Origin: Octopus bimaculoides
Lineage: Eukaryota
DNA: 38,789 bases
Reading direction: 5' to 3'
NCBI RefSeq assembly: GCF_001194135.2
Contig: NC_069000.1
Span: 29,617,287 to 29,656,075, forward strand
The notes under the pieces are model-generated. The model saw only the letters and a program-made list of their open reading frames with translations, had not been told where the DNA came from and made no database searches. This document shows, piece after piece, positions 35,451 to 38,789 of this stretch; position 1 is the first letter of the stretch; each line of letters begins with the position of its first letter. The translations under genes and the position numbers were made by a program.

Positions 35451-35705
35451 TATCCGATAATCTGGTCGATTCCGTGATATTACCATATTATTAAGTTTAA
35501 ATTAGGACATTTATTACTTTTTAGGGGTCTTTTGTTTTAATAACGGTCAATCACACAGTAATTTCCCTTTGTTTTTACGGTCATTTTCATAGCATTTTTT
35601 CGATGGCCCGATAACTGAAGCGATGCCGGCGTGGGTTTCCGCCCCGACATCAGAAACGCGGAGTTTTATCATGGCTAGCGAATAATTGTCATATATTATA
35701 TTTAC

Positions 35706-35740
<35 letters not shown>

Positions 35741-36487
35741 NNNNNNNNNNNNNNNNNNNNNNNNNNNNNNNNNNNNNNNNNNNNNNNNNNNNNNNNNNNN
35801 NNNNNNNNNNNNNNNNNNNNNNNNNNNNNNNNNNNNNNNNNNNNNNNNNNNNNNNNNNNNNNNNNNNNNNNNNNNNNNNNNNNNNNNNNNNNNNNNNNNN
35901 NNNNNNNNNNNNNNNNNNNNNNNNNNNNNNNNNNNNNNNNNNNNNNNNNNNNNNNNNNNNNNNNNNNNNNNNNNNNNNNNNNNNNNNNNNNNNNNNNNNN
36001 NNNNNNNNNNNNNNNNNNNNNNNNNNNNNNNNNNNNNNNNNNNNNNNNNNNNNNNNNNNNNNNNNNNNNNNNNNNNNNNNNNNNNNNNNNNNNNNNNNNN
36101 NNNNNNNNNNNNNNNNNNNNNNNNNNNNNNNNNNNNNNNNNNNNNNNNNNNNNNNNNNNNNNNNNNNNNNNNNNNNNNNNNNNNNNNNNNNNNNNNNNNN
36201 NNNNNNNNNNNNNNNNNNNNNNNNNNNNNNNNNNNNNNNNNNNNNNNNNNNNNNNNNNNNNNNNNNNNNNNNNNNNNNNNNNNNNNNNNNNNNNNNNNNN
36301 NNNNNNNNNNNNNNNNNNNNNNNNNNNNNNNNNNNNNNNNNNNNNNNNNNNNNNNNNNNNNNNNNNNNNNNNNNNNNNNNNNNNNNNNNNNNNNNNNNNN
36401 NNNNNNNNNNNNNNNNNNNNNNNNNNNNNNNNNNNNNNNNNNNNNNNNNNNNNNNNNNNNNNNNNNNNNNNNNNNNNNNNNNNNNNN

Positions 36488-36544
<57 letters not shown>

Positions 36545-36545
<1 letters not shown>

Positions 36546-36887
36546 TAAAGTTTATTTGCCAACGGAATGTGGTGGTCCTATACAGGACGATGTTACTGTT
36601 GTTTAAGACCCAAGAAAACATCTTTTCCAGCTGGCATCTCCAGCCTTACGTGATACTCACAGACCATGGTTTCTGAGTGGTTACCCGTCCTCACTGTGAG
36701 ATAATCACTGGCTGTTGATGAAAGCTTTCTCCACTCACAAACACTATGTATTCTTCAAGCAACACACAGTCACTGATCTCGTATTGAGAAAAGCAACTTG
36801 TTTTAAATCTCTCAGCGAGAGATATACAGTAACACTACCGAATAGTAAAGTTTATTTGTCAACAGAACGTGGCGGTCCTATAAAGAA

Positions 36888-36891
<4 letters not shown>
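36545..36891. repeat. 47-bp direct repeat at exactly 300-bp spacing
   Basis: 36545-36591 versus 36845-36891, 41/47 identical. Confidence 0.9.
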
Positions 36892-36928
<37 letters not shown>

Positions 36929-37262
36929 NNNNNNNNNNNNNNNNNNNNNNNNNNNNNNNNNNNNNNNNNNNNNNNNNNNNNNNNNNNNNNNNNNNNNNNN
37001 NNNNNNNNNNNNNNNNNNNNNNNNNNNNNNNNNNNNNNNNNNNNNNNNNNNNNNNNNNNNNNNNNNNNNNNNNNNNNNNNNNNNNNNNNNNNNNNNNNNN
37101 NNNNNNNNNNNNNNNNNNNNNNNNNNNNNNNNNNNNNNNNNNNNNNNNNNNNNNNNNNNNNNNNNNNNNNNNNNNNNNNNNNNNNNNNNNNNNNNNNNNN
37201 NNNNNNNNNNNNNNNNNNNNNNNNNNNNNNNNNNNNNNNNNNNNNNNNNNNNNNNNNNNNNN

Positions 37263-37337
<75 letters not shown>

Positions 37338-37979
37338 CAGAATTTAATATGAATGAACAGGCTTTATTACAAATCAGTACAATTGTTTCAGTGCACCATT
37401 ATCAGCAGGTAATTGCTGAATATTACATATATTGTACGAATTATTGCATTGATACGATCCAACAGCTGTATACATGCACGTCTTCAGATGCGTAAGGTCC
37501 AAAGTACTGTCAGTTCTTTTAAAATTCTCTTTGTTTTATATCCACACCATTATGCTATTTTTTAGCATTCCTTGGACAAAAAATAACACGGAGAAACAAA
37601 GAGATACAAGTGAGAAAAATACCAAAAATAAATCAATAGAAATAAAAAACAAAAGAAAAACCCTTAATCACTCCATCCTAACCTGCAGACTTGTCACAAC
37701 TTTTAGGAAAATAAACGAACATTTTAAGATAATAATTTCATAAAAAGATAAGCTTGAACAATTACTTGTTTTTTGTGTCTGTTACCGTTCCACTCCAAAG
37801 GAAATTAGTGGCATATGGTTACTCTCTTAGCACGGCAGGAAATCAAAACCTGTAGGCTTATAAACTTCATTTTTGCTGTATAGCTTCACTGTCGCGGCTT
37901 TGTCGCAGTTGTTTCACAAGTCATTAAGAGGGGATATTGACCCAAGAAGACTTACTTGCCCGCACCCTTATACATACAA

Positions 37980-38010
<31 letters not shown>

Positions 38011-38430
38011 CTATCACTAATGTACATACATATATCTATCTAAACACACTCCCATTTTTCACTCTGATGAACGTGTATCTTTTCATGTTACTCTATTTAT
38101 AAGCCTCCGTATACTCTCATATATAATTCTTTCCTCCATATTTATATCTATTTATTTAGAATTTTTAGTTTATGCACAAAAAGAAATATAATGCTGTGGG
38201 GTAACCTTATTAAGTTGGTTCTTTCTAACCTGCTTAGTTCTATATATCGTGATATGTCCCTTAATGCATGCTACTATGGAAATGCATGCAATATTCATTC
38301 TATAACTAGGTTTTGCAATTACACGTCATGGTAAATAGATCTATCCTATAGTTGTTTCATTTTTAACCAAATAACTTTACACGCATACAAATTGTTATGA
38401 AATTATATAATTTGAATTTTAAGAAAGAGT

Positions 38431-38545
38431 AAAGACTCCCGTCGGTCACGAATGACCAAGGGATTGCACCTAGAAAATTCTCCGAGCCACAATCCGGGAA
38501 AATTTGTTTGTGGAAGACCAGCAGTCGTTGCCCATATTCTGGTCC
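38431..38545 (-). mobile_element. 3' portion of an octopus SINE
   Basis: cggtcacgaatgaccaagggattgcacctagaaa...tggaagaccagcagtcg is recognised from memory as the reverse complement of a common octopus SINE tail. Confidence 0.55.
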
Positions 38546-38572
38546 CTCAACTTAAGTACTATATTCATCTGA

Positions 38573-38617
<45 letters not shown>

Positions 38618-38618
38618 C

Positions 38619-38667
<49 letters not shown>

Positions 38668-38719
38668 CATATATATATAAACGCGCGCGCATATACATGT
38701 CATTCCAGGTCCCTGCACT

Positions 38720-38789
38720 TTTGGTTCAGACTCGCCGAGGTCAACTTTGCACCTCAACTTTTCAGGTAGGATAAATTATGTACCAAACC
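38720..38789 (+). mobile_element. SINE fragment (aaggcggc family body), cut by the window end
   Basis: gccgaggtcaactttgc...ttcaggtaggataaattatgtacca matches gccgaggtcgactttg...gggtcgataaattaagtacca at about 17022-17073. Confidence 0.75.

Noticed and set aside
37945-37975. Possible Tc1/mariner-like terminus or splice donor (minus strand taagggtgcgggcaa-gtaagt)
   Set aside because: No partner TIR or matching exon found.

Overview
Eukaryotic, AT-rich, gap-ridden genomic scaffold. It is most likely an octopus or other cephalopod, inferred from SINE families and microsatellite load that I recognise from memory, not from a search. No host gene exon, rRNA, true tRNA or CRISPR array can be supported. 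The window is dense microsatellite plus a stack of decayed transposons: three copies of an L1/Tx1-clade LINE (one near full length but lacking its endonuclease), five co-oriented fragments of an RLE-type R4/Dong-like non-LTR element abutting (AAT/AAC/AAG)n tracts, a relatively young hAT (ZNF862-like) transposase, two different Penelope-like elements with GIY-YIG endonucleases, an RTE endonuclease fragment, and about ten tRNA-derived SINE copies (two with clear TSDs). Most ORFs in the track are translations of microsatellites or N gaps. Best leads: an in-frame hAT-transposase/RLE-endonuclease chimeric ORF, a microsatellite-targeted Dong pile-up, a SINE sharing its 3' tail with the Tx1 LINE, a type-I hammerhead-like fold at about 35.6 kb, and a perfect 52-bp-arm palindrome near 1 kb.
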